A stretch of 64,000 bases of DNA from Akkermansiaceae bacterium. GTDB taxonomy: Bacteria; Verrucomicrobiota; Verrucomicrobiia; Verrucomicrobiales; Akkermansiaceae. Below the pieces are notes generated by a model. It saw only the letters and a program-made list of their open reading frames with translations. It had not been told where the DNA came from and made no database searches. Where the stretch lies: the NCBI GenBank assembly GCA_031431855.1, contig JANPEG010000067.1, positions 23,770 through 87,769 on the forward strand, written 5' to 3'. Below, one piece after another: positions 38,837 to 48,305 of the stretch (within the stretch, counting starts at the first letter, position 1; each line of letters begins with the position of its first letter). The position numbers and the translations under genes were made by a program.

Positions 38837-38940
38837 AGAATTCACCTGTCCTACTAGATGGGATAAGAGCCAAGTGATTAGCGGCCTGTTTATCAGGCAA
38901 TTACTTTCGCTAGAATAAGAGGGCTCGCCGTTTTTAATTT

Positions 38941-39002
38941 CGGTCAACTCGGCGAGTTGAACCTACCAATAAAAGGTAGGATCAACTGGCCTCAGTCGAC
39001 CG
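38941..39002. repeat. Divergent GTAG-headed REP-like pair
   Basis: GGTAGGTTCAACTCGCCGAGTTGACCG (-) and GGTAGGATCAACTGGCCTCAGTCGACCG (+); the latter overlaps the amidohydrolase stop. Confidence 0.6.
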
Positions 39003-39999
39003 TGATTGTCTTTTTCGCGGATTCTAAAATCTCCGCCATTCGGGTGAAGTGTGAATCATCGAAACCCACTTCCCGTTTCAGGAAGACATCGCGTTCGAGG
39101 ACGTTGGGGTCGCGGTCTGCGGCGCGCCAGGTTTTGAAGCTGATCAAACCCATTCGCCACGGACCGAAGCCGTTTACTGCGATGGGGAAATCACTGCCGT
39201 GGATGATGCGATCGCGCACGGATGCGGGGAGAACCTTTGGCAAGGTCCGACTACGGATCGGGCTGCACAAGGCGGAGTTGTCGCCAAAAAGTCGAGGATA
39301 CTTCTCGAACATCTCGATGAGATGATCGGTGTAGTCAGCGTCCCAAAATCCTGATCGTCCTGCGCAGTGGGCGGCGATTACGGTGACGCCGCATTCGAGG
39401 GGATATTTCAGTAAACGAGGATCGGCAAGCAGTGGATTGATGACAGGTAATGAAAGTTCGCCGCCGGTGTGGGAGAGTAGGATCATCCCTCCCGTTGCCA
39501 TTTTTTCAAAAAAAGGTTTATGCTTTGGATTGGAGTAATCGACGTTGAGGCAGTTGGGCAGTAATTTCAGAACTCGCGCACCGGCAGCGATACAGCGATC
39601 CAGTTCTTCCATGGCGTCAGGGCGGGATGGATGGATGGAAACGGCTGGGATGAATAAATCCGGATACTCGGCGCAGACTTTCAGTAGGTATTCGTTCGGA
39701 ACGTAAAACGCACCTTTTTCTGGCATGGCGATGCCGTCGTCTGTGTGGGGTAGGTCTTGGGCTAATAACACCACGGAATCCAGTGATGAAGTGCGCACCA
39801 TGTGAACCAGTCGGTCTAACAACGCTTCGTCGAGTCCGGTTTGCAAGGAACCTGATGGTAAGCCAGCGGATTTTACAATGATACGCGCCATCAATTGGTG
39901 CAGCGGCGTTCGCATTTGCAGCCAGCAACCACTGCCAGAGCTTCCATCTCCAACTAAATGCACATGACAATCGATACGCTTCAACGCAGGTGTTCCCAT
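38992..39999 (-). CDS. Amidohydrolase family 2 protein
   Basis: IDCHVH, LSHTGGE, IAAHC and IIHGSDFP motifs. Confidence 0.88.
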   Translation of the reverse strand: MGTPALKRIDCHVHLVGDGSSGSGCWLQMRTPLHQLMARIIVKSAGLPSGSLQTGLDEALLDRLVHMVRTSSLDSVVLLAQDLPHTDDGIAMPEKGAFYVPNEYLLKVCAEYPDLFIPAVSIHPSRPDAMEELDRCIAAGARVLKLLPNCLNVDYSNPKHKPFFEKMATGGMILLSHTGGELSLPVINPLLADPRLLKYPLECGVTVIAAHCAGRSGFWDADYTDHLIEMFEKYPRLFGDNSALCSPIRSRTLPKVLPASVRDRIIHGSDFPIAVNGFGPWRMGLISFKTWRAADRDPNVLERDVFLKREVGFDDSHFTRMAEILESAKKTITVD

Positions 40000-40048
40000 G
40001 CGTGATCGATAAACGATAAGTTTAGCAGCGTCTATCAAATGATTGTGG

Positions 40049-42031
40049 TCACCAATCTCCAGGAGTTATAATGGCTCCTGGTTTACTGGCGCTGGTACCG
40101 ACCCAAGTGTCATCTTTGCGGGTGTATTCGTATGGTTTTTTACCTGCAAATTGGACGACTAGAGTGCCGTCCTCAATAATTTTCCAAGTGGCTATCCAAT
40201 CTCTATCGAAAATTTCTAATCTGCCATCCGAATGAGCGATCCATTTGCCTTGTCCACCTCCTGAATGTTCGATCCATTTGCCAACGAAGCTGTCAGAGTT
40301 CACTATGCCCTTCATTTTAATGCGAGTCCACTGGGGCTCAGGTGAAAGCTGATTGATCCAAGGCTCTAGATCTTTTGCAAGCGCCGCCTGACTTGTGAGG
40401 CGCTGCTTAAGCTCAGCGTCAGATGTATCTTTGGCAGCGGTTGTGAGACGGGATAGGTAAGCATCACGGATTTTAGCCAGATCGGCATTGTAGGTGGTGT
40501 CTATTGTGGCCTCTGAGACGAGAGCTTGCTTGAACTGAGTAATAAATTTATCAGGACTCTCGGAGGAGTTCGCTACTTCTGGGATTCGGTTATCTACAAT
40601 GTTCTTTTTAAAGTCATCTATGGTCGGACCCTCGCCCTTTTTATTGTCTCTAATAAGACTTCCGAGTTTGCTAATCAAAGAACTGGCATTATCAGCGAGT
40701 TTTTTATCGCGCTTTTTACGTGCATCGCCGATGAGGCCGACGGCGCGTTTGAGTAGTTCGGGGTCGCCGGGGGTGAGATTTTCTTTCGTCTCAGGTTTTG
40801 GATTCAGAGCCACGACTGGTGGCGTCTCTGGCTCCTTGAAAGGCGGCTCGCTAATTTCGTTGCTGGTGATCTCTTTGGGTTGGGTCTCGGGTTCGATGAC
40901 TGGTGGTTTGCTAGGTTCGTTGCTGGTAATTTTTTGGGGTGCTGGTTCGGGTTTCGTGACCGGCGGAGTTTCAGGGACGAGCGCAAGGGTTGCTCCATCG
41001 TCCGATTTAGCTCCATTTGCAATCGCGATACCTTTCTTGATGTCTTCTTTGTTTTCCTGAAGAAGCTGATAGGTGAAAACGGTGACGGCGGCTAGAATGG
41101 CGACGATAAACCATTTGACGATACCAAAGCCGCTACCCTTACTACCAGCGGTTACAGGGACAGGACGAGCTGTAGGAATGACGGGTTTGGGGGCTCCACT
41201 GACGGGTTTGGGAGTTTCGCTGACCGGGGAACTGGTCGTCTTGGTCGTGGTCCACTTTTCCAGATCGTCTGCCATACTTGCGACAGTCTGATAGCGTTTA
41301 GTGGGATCAGCGTTAACTGCCTTGCTCCAGATCGCATCCAGACGATTATTGCCCGTCAGGTGGGTTGGCGGTTCCATGCACCCAGAGGGATCGATACCAG
41401 TGAGAAGCTGGTGGAGAATAACGCCTACCGAGTAGATATCGGCCAGTGGTCCGGCTTGATCGGGATCTTCAAAGACCTCAGGCGCGGTGTAACCGGGGGT
41501 ACCCATCATTAGGCCAGGTTGGTCGGAGTCAGCTGCGTGAGCTAATCCGAAGTCACCGATTTTAGGTTTAGCACTCAGCGTGAGTAAAATGTTAGATGGC
41601 TTGATGTCGCGGTGAACGATGTCGTTTTCGTGGGCGTGGGCAAGTCCATCGCAAATGCCTTTGACAATTTCGACAGATTGTAGCGAATCGATTGCTTGGT
41701 TGTGGGAGGCTCCGTAAAGTGACTCACCATGCACATATTCCATGACGATATATGGCATCCCATCAATCTCACCGAACTCGAATACACTAATAAGATTCGG
41801 GTGGTTGAGGCGAGCCATCGCTTTAGCTTCACTGGCAAACGCTGTGCGAAATTCGGAATCTCCCAATTCCTTCGGGAGAATTTTGATGGCAACATCGCGA
41901 TCTAGTGAGCGCTGACGACCTTTATATACGGCTCCCATCCCTCCCTGGGCGATGAAATCCTCTATATCATACTGCGGCATGAGCTCAGCGAGGTGCTCCG
42001 GATTTGGCGCCTGAAAAGGTGTGTCGCTCAT
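40049..42031 (-). CDS. Hanks-type Ser/Thr protein kinase, membrane-anchored
   Basis: GGMGAVY, VAIK, HRDIKPSN, DFGLA and GTPGYTAPE motifs; one TM segment; Pro-rich linker with ITSNE twice. Confidence 0.93.
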   Translation of the reverse strand: MSDTPFQAPNPEHLAELMPQYDIEDFIAQGGMGAVYKGRQRSLDRDVAIKILPKELGDSEFRTAFASEAKAMARLNHPNLISVFEFGEIDGMPYIVMEYVHGESLYGASHNQAIDSLQSVEIVKGICDGLAHAHENDIVHRDIKPSNILLTLSAKPKIGDFGLAHAADSDQPGLMMGTPGYTAPEVFEDPDQAGPLADIYSVGVILHQLLTGIDPSGCMEPPTHLTGNNRLDAIWSKAVNADPTKRYQTVASMADDLEKWTTTKTTSSPVSETPKPVSGAPKPVIPTARPVPVTAGSKGSGFGIVKWFIVAILAAVTVFTYQLLQENKEDIKKGIAIANGAKSDDGATLALVPETPPVTKPEPAPQKITSNEPSKPPVIEPETQPKEITSNEISEPPFKEPETPPVVALNPKPETKENLTPGDPELLKRAVGLIGDARKKRDKKLADNASSLISKLGSLIRDNKKGEGPTIDDFKKNIVDNRIPEVANSSESPDKFITQFKQALVSEATIDTTYNADLAKIRDAYLSRLTTAAKDTSDAELKQRLTSQAALAKDLEPWINQLSPEPQWTRIKMKGIVNSDSFVGKWIEHSGGGQGKWIAHSDGRLEIFDRDWIATWKIIEDGTLVVQFAGKKPYEYTRKDDTWVGTSASKPGAIITPGDW

Positions 42032-42231
42032 TTGAAATGTTTCTGTTAGTAGAAATCTATATGCTGAACTATCAGAAGGCAAGTTTGTCACAAAGCCTAA
42101 AAGTGTAAATTTTTCGCCTCAAATCTTAACTTTCGCGACTGAGCAACAGTGACGTAAACAAGCTTTGCGAGCTGAAAAGCCAGATAAGCTGGAGTCGATG
42201 AAATCATTAGTAAAAATGACTCGCCCGACAC

Positions 42232-42477
42232 TTATTTACAGCAAGAGGTCTTGCAGCGTCTTTTAAGGATCAACACGACGAGAACCGCGCCGACTAACAA
42301 CCCGAGCAATCCTGCGATCCACAGTGCGGATTTCGCGGTGTTAAGAATGGGGTTATCGAGAGCGTTGAGTGATACGTGGTAGCCAGCGACGAGCCATTTT
42401 CCGTTTTGTTGGATGAGGGTGGCGGTTCAGCGGCTGGTGAATTCATAGTAACGCCCAAGTAGGTGATAGCCGTAAAC
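42232..42477 (-). pseudogene. C-terminal remnant of an NTF2/SnoaL-like membrane-anchored protein
   Basis: Manual translation gives VYGYHLLGRYYEFTSR*TATLIQQNGKWLVAGYHVSLNALDNPILNTAKSALWIAGLLGLLVGAVLVVLILKRRCKTSCCK*. Internal TGA at 42429-42427; no start codon; absent from the ORF track. Confidence 0.55.
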
Positions 42478-42486
42478 TCAACTCTA

Positions 42487-44034
42487 CTATCTCTGCGCAT
42501 TGGTTTCCGGTTTCATGCGGAAGACGACGACCCGGCGATCTTGGCTGCGAAGGCTCTCAGTGGTGTTTTCGGGGCGACGTGCTTCGCTTTCGCCATAGCC
42601 GACAGGAAGCAGGCGATACGGGGAGACGCCTTGGCGGATGATTTCTCTAACAATGTATTCGGCGCGCTGCTGGGAAAGGATCATGTTGCTTTCATAACTG
42701 CCTTCGGCGGATGCGTGACCCTCTATGACGAAGCGTTCTTCTTCGGGCATGGCTTTCATCGCGTCGGCCATGACACTGACGACATTATAGGAATATGGAT
42801 CGGAGAACTGGGTGGAGCCTTGAAGAAACAAAATGTCTTCGCTGGAGATCATCGATTTTTCGTCGACCGGATAGGAGACGACCCATGAGTTTTCACCACG
42901 GTAGTTTTCGGGTGGCAGGGGCATGGCGTATTGGGCAGAGTCATCCCGACGATCGTAAAATGTGGGGGCCATTTCCCGAGTGGGTTGGAAGCGAACTTGG
43001 TTCATGGCAAGTGCGGCCATGAGGATAGCGGGGATGGATGAACGTGAATCGTAATGCACGTAGCGACGTCCATCGTTCAGATAGCGCGGGCGGACATATT
43101 CGATGCGCTCGACGACACGTTGTTCATTGCGCGGATCTCTTCTGTCTTCGTGATAAGAGGAATGACGGAAAAACTCCGGAAGTGGTCCCTCAACTTCGCG
43201 GCCACGTAAGCGCTCTTGGTAATAGGTCGTTGCTGCGCGACGTTGGTCGGGTGAAGGCTGGGGTGCGCGCTTTTCTCCTTCATACTGGCGTTCGATGCGC
43301 GGACGAAATCGCTCTTCGCGATCCACTTCGGCGCGGGAAATCCGGCTTTCAGCTCCGAGAATTTCATTGATCACGGATTGTGCATCCTTGCGACCTTCGA
43401 TGCGGGTTTTGCGTTGGTCGAGATCGCGATGCACTTCACGTGTTACATCGCTGACTTTGCTTTCTGCGAGGCGCTCAGGTTCTGTTACCGGGACTTCGAC
43501 GATTTCGGGTTTCGTGGGTCTTTCGCGTTTCTCGGGAGAGGGTTTGGGTAATTCCTTTTTCTCGGCGGTTTCTTTAGCGATTTGCTTAGTTTTATCGGCT
43601 GCTTTTTTTTTGCGTAATGCCGCTTCTGTGGCTAGCTTAGCAGTTGCTTCGGCACGCTCGGTTGCTTCCTTTTCACGCATGGCCGCCTCTTTGGCTAACT
43701 TCGCAGATGCTTCAGCGCGATCGGAAGTTTCTTTGAGGGCTTTTTCAGCCTGTCTTGCAGTTTCTTTGGCGAGTTTTGCTGTTTCTCGCGCAGCTTTTTT
43801 CGCGGTTTCTTCGGCGAGTTTGGCAGTTTCCTTGGCGAGCTTTGCGGCCTCCCTTTCATTCTCGGCAATTTTTTTGGCGAGAATGGCTTCAGCTTTGTCT
43901 TTCTCGGATTTTGCGGCCTCGACTGCTTCAGTCTCAATCTCGTTCTTGTCTTGATCTTGAGCGTGAGCCGCAGGATTCAGCAAGAGGAGGAGAATATTTA
44001 GAAGAATGAACGGGATGTGGTGCTTGGGTTTCAT
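42487..44034 (-). CDS. Exported OmpA-like domain protein with Ala/Lys/Glu coiled-coil repeats
   Basis: Signal peptide; repeated AAKLAKETA units; C-terminal EGHAS..G...N..LS..RA, GYGE and DRRV. Confidence 0.85.
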   Translation of the reverse strand: MKPKHHIPFILLNILLLLLNPAAHAQDQDKNEIETEAVEAAKSEKDKAEAILAKKIAENEREAAKLAKETAKLAEETAKKAARETAKLAKETARQAEKALKETSDRAEASAKLAKEAAMREKEATERAEATAKLATEAALRKKKAADKTKQIAKETAEKKELPKPSPEKRERPTKPEIVEVPVTEPERLAESKVSDVTREVHRDLDQRKTRIEGRKDAQSVINEILGAESRISRAEVDREERFRPRIERQYEGEKRAPQPSPDQRRAATTYYQERLRGREVEGPLPEFFRHSSYHEDRRDPRNEQRVVERIEYVRPRYLNDGRRYVHYDSRSSIPAILMAALAMNQVRFQPTREMAPTFYDRRDDSAQYAMPLPPENYRGENSWVVSYPVDEKSMISSEDILFLQGSTQFSDPYSYNVVSVMADAMKAMPEEERFVIEGHASAEGSYESNMILSQQRAEYIVREIIRQGVSPYRLLPVGYGESEARRPENTTESLRSQDRRVVVFRMKPETNAQR

Positions 44035-44184
44035 TGGAACGGTTGTCGCTTATCGCGTCGCTAACCGATAGCCGTTTCATGAGATTTAACTATGGGGCGT
44101 ATCCCTACTTTGCCCTTTGTAGTGGACGCATCTGCGGTTCTGTTAGGTATTCGGCAGCAGAATGCAGCCGCTCTTTGGTGGGTA

Positions 44185-44251
44185 TCACTCCACAATTATG
44201 GGTGTTCCGACAGTTACATTTTCGAAAAACTTTTCAGCCATGAGGTGGGGC
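44185..44251 (-). repeat. Displaced copy of the L,D-transpeptidase gene 3' end
   Basis: 58/67 nt identical to 48306-48372; encodes PHLMAEKFFENVTVGTPIIVE*. Confidence 0.9.
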
Positions 44252-44311
44252 TTGTTAAAAAAGTTAGAATTTATTCTTGACCAAATTTAGAATCGATAGA
44301 ATCTGCGCTGC

Positions 44312-45400
44312 GTGTCCCCCCCACGTTCGAAATTCTTCGGCCTTTCTTGGCTTGTTTTGTCACTAACCACACTTAGTGCAATTGTCATATTATTGCTTTG
44401 GCTGTTTGAGAATGCTCCTGCTAAAGCGAAAGAAGTCGAAAATTTCTCACAGGCTAATCAACAGGAAATCCCTGAGGCCCCAAAACTAACACCTGCACAG
44501 GTTGAATTCTGGGAATACCTTGAACCATTCAATCGTCTGCCTGAAAATCCCACTGACGAAGCTATCGCCGTTTATAACACCAAAGGCATCGCCCCTGAGT
44601 TCAGGTATTTGAAAGAGTCAAAAACATCCGTCTTAGGCGATATAAAAGGCCTAACCGACCATCGTGAGCTGTTCGTGAAACGTTATCCATGGGTGGGTTC
44701 TATTCTGGATGAATATTCGATCGATATTCCCATTTCCACGGAACGCTTTTCAGGAACTGCCGAAGAGATCGGCAAAAAATATGAGGAATTTATGAATACC
44801 AGTGCCAAGCTCGGAGCAAACGCTACGAACGAAAAAATCTTTGTCACTAACTTCCTAGAAGGTCTTCTTGTGGTGGATTATCTCTATGCTCGTGGCACCA
44901 CAGATGACAAAGATCACGGATTGAAAGTGATAGATGGGGTTTTCCATGCCAATGGTGTCATTCATCCGTTTCACAAAACTCTTGAAAGGAAACTGCTGAC
45001 ACCGGCAAGTATGGATATCGGATGGCCAATCATCGCAGATTACCCCGAACGACTGTGGGCTCTGACTCCGAACCGAATTTGGCGTGGTTTTTTTTATTAT
45101 GGCAGTGCGGGAAAAGTCAATTTCAACAAATGGATGCTGAAGACGGATGGTATTAGAGAAATGCAGAACCCCAATAGGCAGGAATTATACCGAGGACTCA
45201 TTCACAATGAGCAAGTGCGTGTAGGGCTACTCAGTTATTCCATTTACACCATGCATTTGAACGAGGTGGTCAGACCGAGCGACGGATCTGGTCTGATTGT
45301 TATCAAAATTCTCTTCAAACGGCTCTATCCCAAAGATCACGACAAAAAATACAGACAATATCTAGCTCTTCTTGATGCAGCTTACCCTATAATAAAATAA
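44312..45400 (+). CDS. Hypothetical membrane-anchored protein
   Basis: 362-aa ORF with an N-terminal TM segment; first gene of the AT-rich cassette. Confidence 0.75.
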   Translation: MSPPRSKFFGLSWLVLSLTTLSAIVILLLWLFENAPAKAKEVENFSQANQQEIPEAPKLTPAQVEFWEYLEPFNRLPENPTDEAIAVYNTKGIAPEFRYLKESKTSVLGDIKGLTDHRELFVKRYPWVGSILDEYSIDIPISTERFSGTAEEIGKKYEEFMNTSAKLGANATNEKIFVTNFLEGLLVVDYLYARGTTDDKDHGLKVIDGVFHANGVIHPFHKTLERKLLTPASMDIGWPIIADYPERLWALTPNRIWRGFFYYGSAGKVNFNKWMLKTDGIREMQNPNRQELYRGLIHNEQVRVGLLSYSIYTMHLNEVVRPSDGSGLIVIKILFKRLYPKDHDKKYRQYLALLDAAYPIIK

Positions 45401-45412
45401 TACCCCCTAAAT

Positions 45413-47392
45413 ATGATACCCCCCCGCTATTCCCTAATATTAATATTGGCCTCAGCTATATTTACTCAAGTCACAAGTGCTCAGGATTTTCCGTTCGCTA
45501 GAGGAACTTTTAATGATTCTGGAAAACTCGCCCAGTGGTCACTTGAAAGAGTGCGCGCACATCGTGATACGGCTATCGGAAAACTAGACGGACTGAAATC
45601 CAATGCCGAAAAAGACAACGCTGCAGATTCTTCATACCTCGCATATTCTAGCCCCATAGTTGAGGAAAAAGTTTTCGAAACGGAATTAGATTTAACGGAA
45701 GAAAAAGGGGTGGTTTTCATAGCTATTCAAGTCGATGATTTAGCTGCTTTATTGATTGATGAAAAACTCACGGGTAACGAGCCGGCAAATTATAGTCCCG
45801 TTGAAGAAACTTTTGTAGTAGAAGGAACGGCACTTTGGAATAAGGACCGATCCTACAGAGAGTTTTCAAGGTATATTCCAGCTGGTCGAAAATATGATCT
45901 CACGCTCATATATCGTAATACTGCTAATCTAACAGATAAATACAATGGTTTTGTCGACTATGATGGTGTGAATGTTTTTATGATGTATTTGCCCGTTGAA
46001 GTGGTGGAATTGGCGCCAAAACTGATAGATGAGAATGGCAAATCTATACCCAATTCTGAAAAGCCCGCTGCGGCTCCAGAAGCTAATGAAATGGTAGAAA
46101 TTGATCCATTGGCTAGCCCTAAAGCTTTGACCGACGCTTCAAATATACGCATTGCATGGAGAGACATAAAAGTGAAGTTCGACAAGCTTTTGGTAGGTAA
46201 AAAGATTACCTGGTCGATGAACCCGCTATACACACCATCTGTCGTGAAATCCACCGGCCCTGCCGAAGTTTTAGCTCCTGATCCAAAGGGGCCAAGATTC
46301 CGAGGATCATGGGATCATGCAGAAGAAACGGCTTCTAAAGATGCATTTTCACCATCAATCGCCTACGGAAAGCATGACTGGGTTCGTTTGTTACCTACAT
46401 CCGGAAGCACACCAGGGACTGCGACCACTATTGTCAAGGAGGAGGGCTACACTGCAATTCGTGTGAATCTTCCTCCAATTGGATTTAACAAAGCAAAAAT
46501 TAAAATTGCCATCGAAGGCCTTGATTTTGAAATAGATCTGATTGATCTGGTCGTTCCTGCTGTTGTGGTGATTGATCCGGGTCATGGAGGATTGTTAGCT
46601 AGTAAAAAAATTGGCGGATCGAGTCCGAATAATGCATATAGTTACGGGTCAGCGCCACCACCATCTGATCCTAAGAGAAAAAGGAAGATTAATGAAACTA
46701 TGGCTGATTATAGAGCTATATTAGACCCGAGAAAGGCTGACGAAACTCATGAACAGCATTGGGCTAGGCTTAGTGTAAGCCTCGAAAAAGACATATCTCT
46801 TAAATATGGAATTGGTTTAAAGAGTTCGCTACATGAGCGATTTGCTTCGGATTCTAATAAAGCACGCATATTAATGACTAGATCAATTGATAAAAATCTT
46901 GAAATCAGTTCACGAGCCAAGATAGCAAAGTTGAATGGAGCTGATATTTTTTTCAGTATTCATTATAATTCGGATGTGAAAGATTGGGTAAGAGGTCCAG
47001 AAGTAATATTAAGAAGCAAAGTTAATAGTAACTTGAACCATGCTGAAGACATGGCCTTTGCAGAGAGAATTTTGAATACATTGGACTCACGGGTTCCAGA
47101 AGCACCCATCAAAGTTGAAAATACAAACTACAAAGATGAGTTGCCTGATTATCGTGGTATCAAGCAATATCCAACCAACCCTACAGGAGTTGATAAAGAT
47201 AGTTCATTAGGTAATTCTGAAATAGGTCCTTGTAGTCATGCTTGCCTTGCTGAAATTGAGTTTATGACTTCACCTGCTGTCGAAAAATCGGTAGTTTCAG
47301 GCCTAACGGCAGATGATGTTAGCCGCTCTTTGTGTAAAGGTTTTGCTATAGCGATAAGTAATGATATCCATGCAAGGAAAGGGGAGAGATAG
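45413..47392 (+). CDS. Secreted multidomain protein with C-terminal N-acetylmuramoyl-L-alanine amidase (Amidase_3)
   Basis: Signal peptide; VVIDPGHGG, LEKD, MTR, DIFFSIHYNS and LAEIEF carry the full H/E/H/E set. Confidence 0.85.
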   Translation: MIPPRYSLILILASAIFTQVTSAQDFPFARGTFNDSGKLAQWSLERVRAHRDTAIGKLDGLKSNAEKDNAADSSYLAYSSPIVEEKVFETELDLTEEKGVVFIAIQVDDLAALLIDEKLTGNEPANYSPVEETFVVEGTALWNKDRSYREFSRYIPAGRKYDLTLIYRNTANLTDKYNGFVDYDGVNVFMMYLPVEVVELAPKLIDENGKSIPNSEKPAAAPEANEMVEIDPLASPKALTDASNIRIAWRDIKVKFDKLLVGKKITWSMNPLYTPSVVKSTGPAEVLAPDPKGPRFRGSWDHAEETASKDAFSPSIAYGKHDWVRLLPTSGSTPGTATTIVKEEGYTAIRVNLPPIGFNKAKIKIAIEGLDFEIDLIDLVVPAVVVIDPGHGGLLASKKIGGSSPNNAYSYGSAPPPSDPKRKRKINETMADYRAILDPRKADETHEQHWARLSVSLEKDISLKYGIGLKSSLHERFASDSNKARILMTRSIDKNLEISSRAKIAKLNGADIFFSIHYNSDVKDWVRGPEVILRSKVNSNLNHAEDMAFAERILNTLDSRVPEAPIKVENTNYKDELPDYRGIKQYPTNPTGVDKDSSLGNSEIGPCSHACLAEIEFMTSPAVEKSVVSGLTADDVSRSLCKGFAIAISNDIHARKGER

Positions 47393-47419
47393 AATTCAAA
47401 ATTACAAATAAATATTTAT

Positions 47420-48223
47420 ATGAAAAAAAATCAAATTATATTAATAATCGTCGGAATTTTGGTTATTTCGTTTGGATGTTGGATGAAAATCAAAATTAAT
47501 CAGCATTTTGAAAATACTTTAAAATCTGAAACAAAGAATAATAAAGAGAAACTGAAACTAACTAATAATATTTTTTTGATTAAAACTGATATATCGGATC
47601 AAAATGGAAACTTACGTGAGATTGATTCGGATCATCTTCAATCATTCCGAGTTTCTGGAGATTCTATATTTAAAGGTGATAGGTTAATTTGGAACAGTGA
47701 AAAAGAGCATATAAACTTTGTGCAAGAGAGTCCTGATGGCAGTATGCTACTATTTTATAAGCAAATCTCTGATAAATACGTCATTTTAGGACAACTTGAT
47801 GAAAAATACGAAGAGTTGACTATCGAACTGCCTGGACGAGACAAGGCCACTCGCGAGGATGGTCGTTATTGGGTAGGTAACGATATCTTAATAAGTGAAT
47901 ACATTGATGATTTCGATCCTGTTCCCAAAGGACATGGCAATGAGGGATGGATAAAGGGGAGTATATTATACGCCTATGATTTGAAGAATAAAACTTATGG
48001 TGAACTTAAGCTTGAAGATCTTTTGAGCTCTGAGCTTGTTCAATACAAAATTCTAACTGATGAATATGAACCTTCTTATTCTTATAAACTTCCGATTTTA
48101 CGATACTACCGGATAAAAGGCATTACCGACGAAGGCGTGATATTTTTAACATCAGTTGACACAAGCCAGCCACTGGGAGGTAATCCGAAGGATGAAGGTG
48201 CATTTGAGATCAAGGTGAAATAA
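47420..48223 (+). CDS. AT-rich hypothetical exported protein (candidate immunity or partner)
   Basis: N-terminal hydrophobic anchor; beta-rich pattern (SPDGSMLLF); directly follows the amidase gene. Confidence 0.7.
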   Translation: MKKNQIILIIVGILVISFGCWMKIKINQHFENTLKSETKNNKEKLKLTNNIFLIKTDISDQNGNLREIDSDHLQSFRVSGDSIFKGDRLIWNSEKEHINFVQESPDGSMLLFYKQISDKYVILGQLDEKYEELTIELPGRDKATREDGRYWVGNDILISEYIDDFDPVPKGHGNEGWIKGSILYAYDLKNKTYGELKLEDLLSSELVQYKILTDEYEPSYSYKLPILRYYRIKGITDEGVIFLTSVDTSQPLGGNPKDEGAFEIKVK

Positions 48224-48242
48224 TTTACGGCCTTAAAGCATC

Positions 48243-48280
48243 GGCGCCCCGACAGATCGGCGACCCCCGACAGATCGGGG
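48243..48280. repeat. Tandem CCCCGACAGATCGG hairpin repeat
   Basis: 14-mer at 48247 and 48265, between the converging stop codons. Confidence 0.65.
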
Positions 48281-48305
48281 TAAACGAAAGATCGCCGCCA
48301 CGAAA

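Noticed and set aside
42427-42429. In-frame TGA considered as selenocysteine or readthrough
   Set aside because: There are further upstream stops, no start codon and no evident SECIS; a pseudogene is the simpler explanation.
44277-44302. TTGACC...TAGAAT promoter for the amidase cassette
   Set aside because: The spacer is only 14 nt, so it was not called.
48243-48280. Tandem repeat considered as a CRISPR remnant
   Set aside because: Only two 14-mers with a 4-nt gap, no spacer-length unique sequence and no cas genes.
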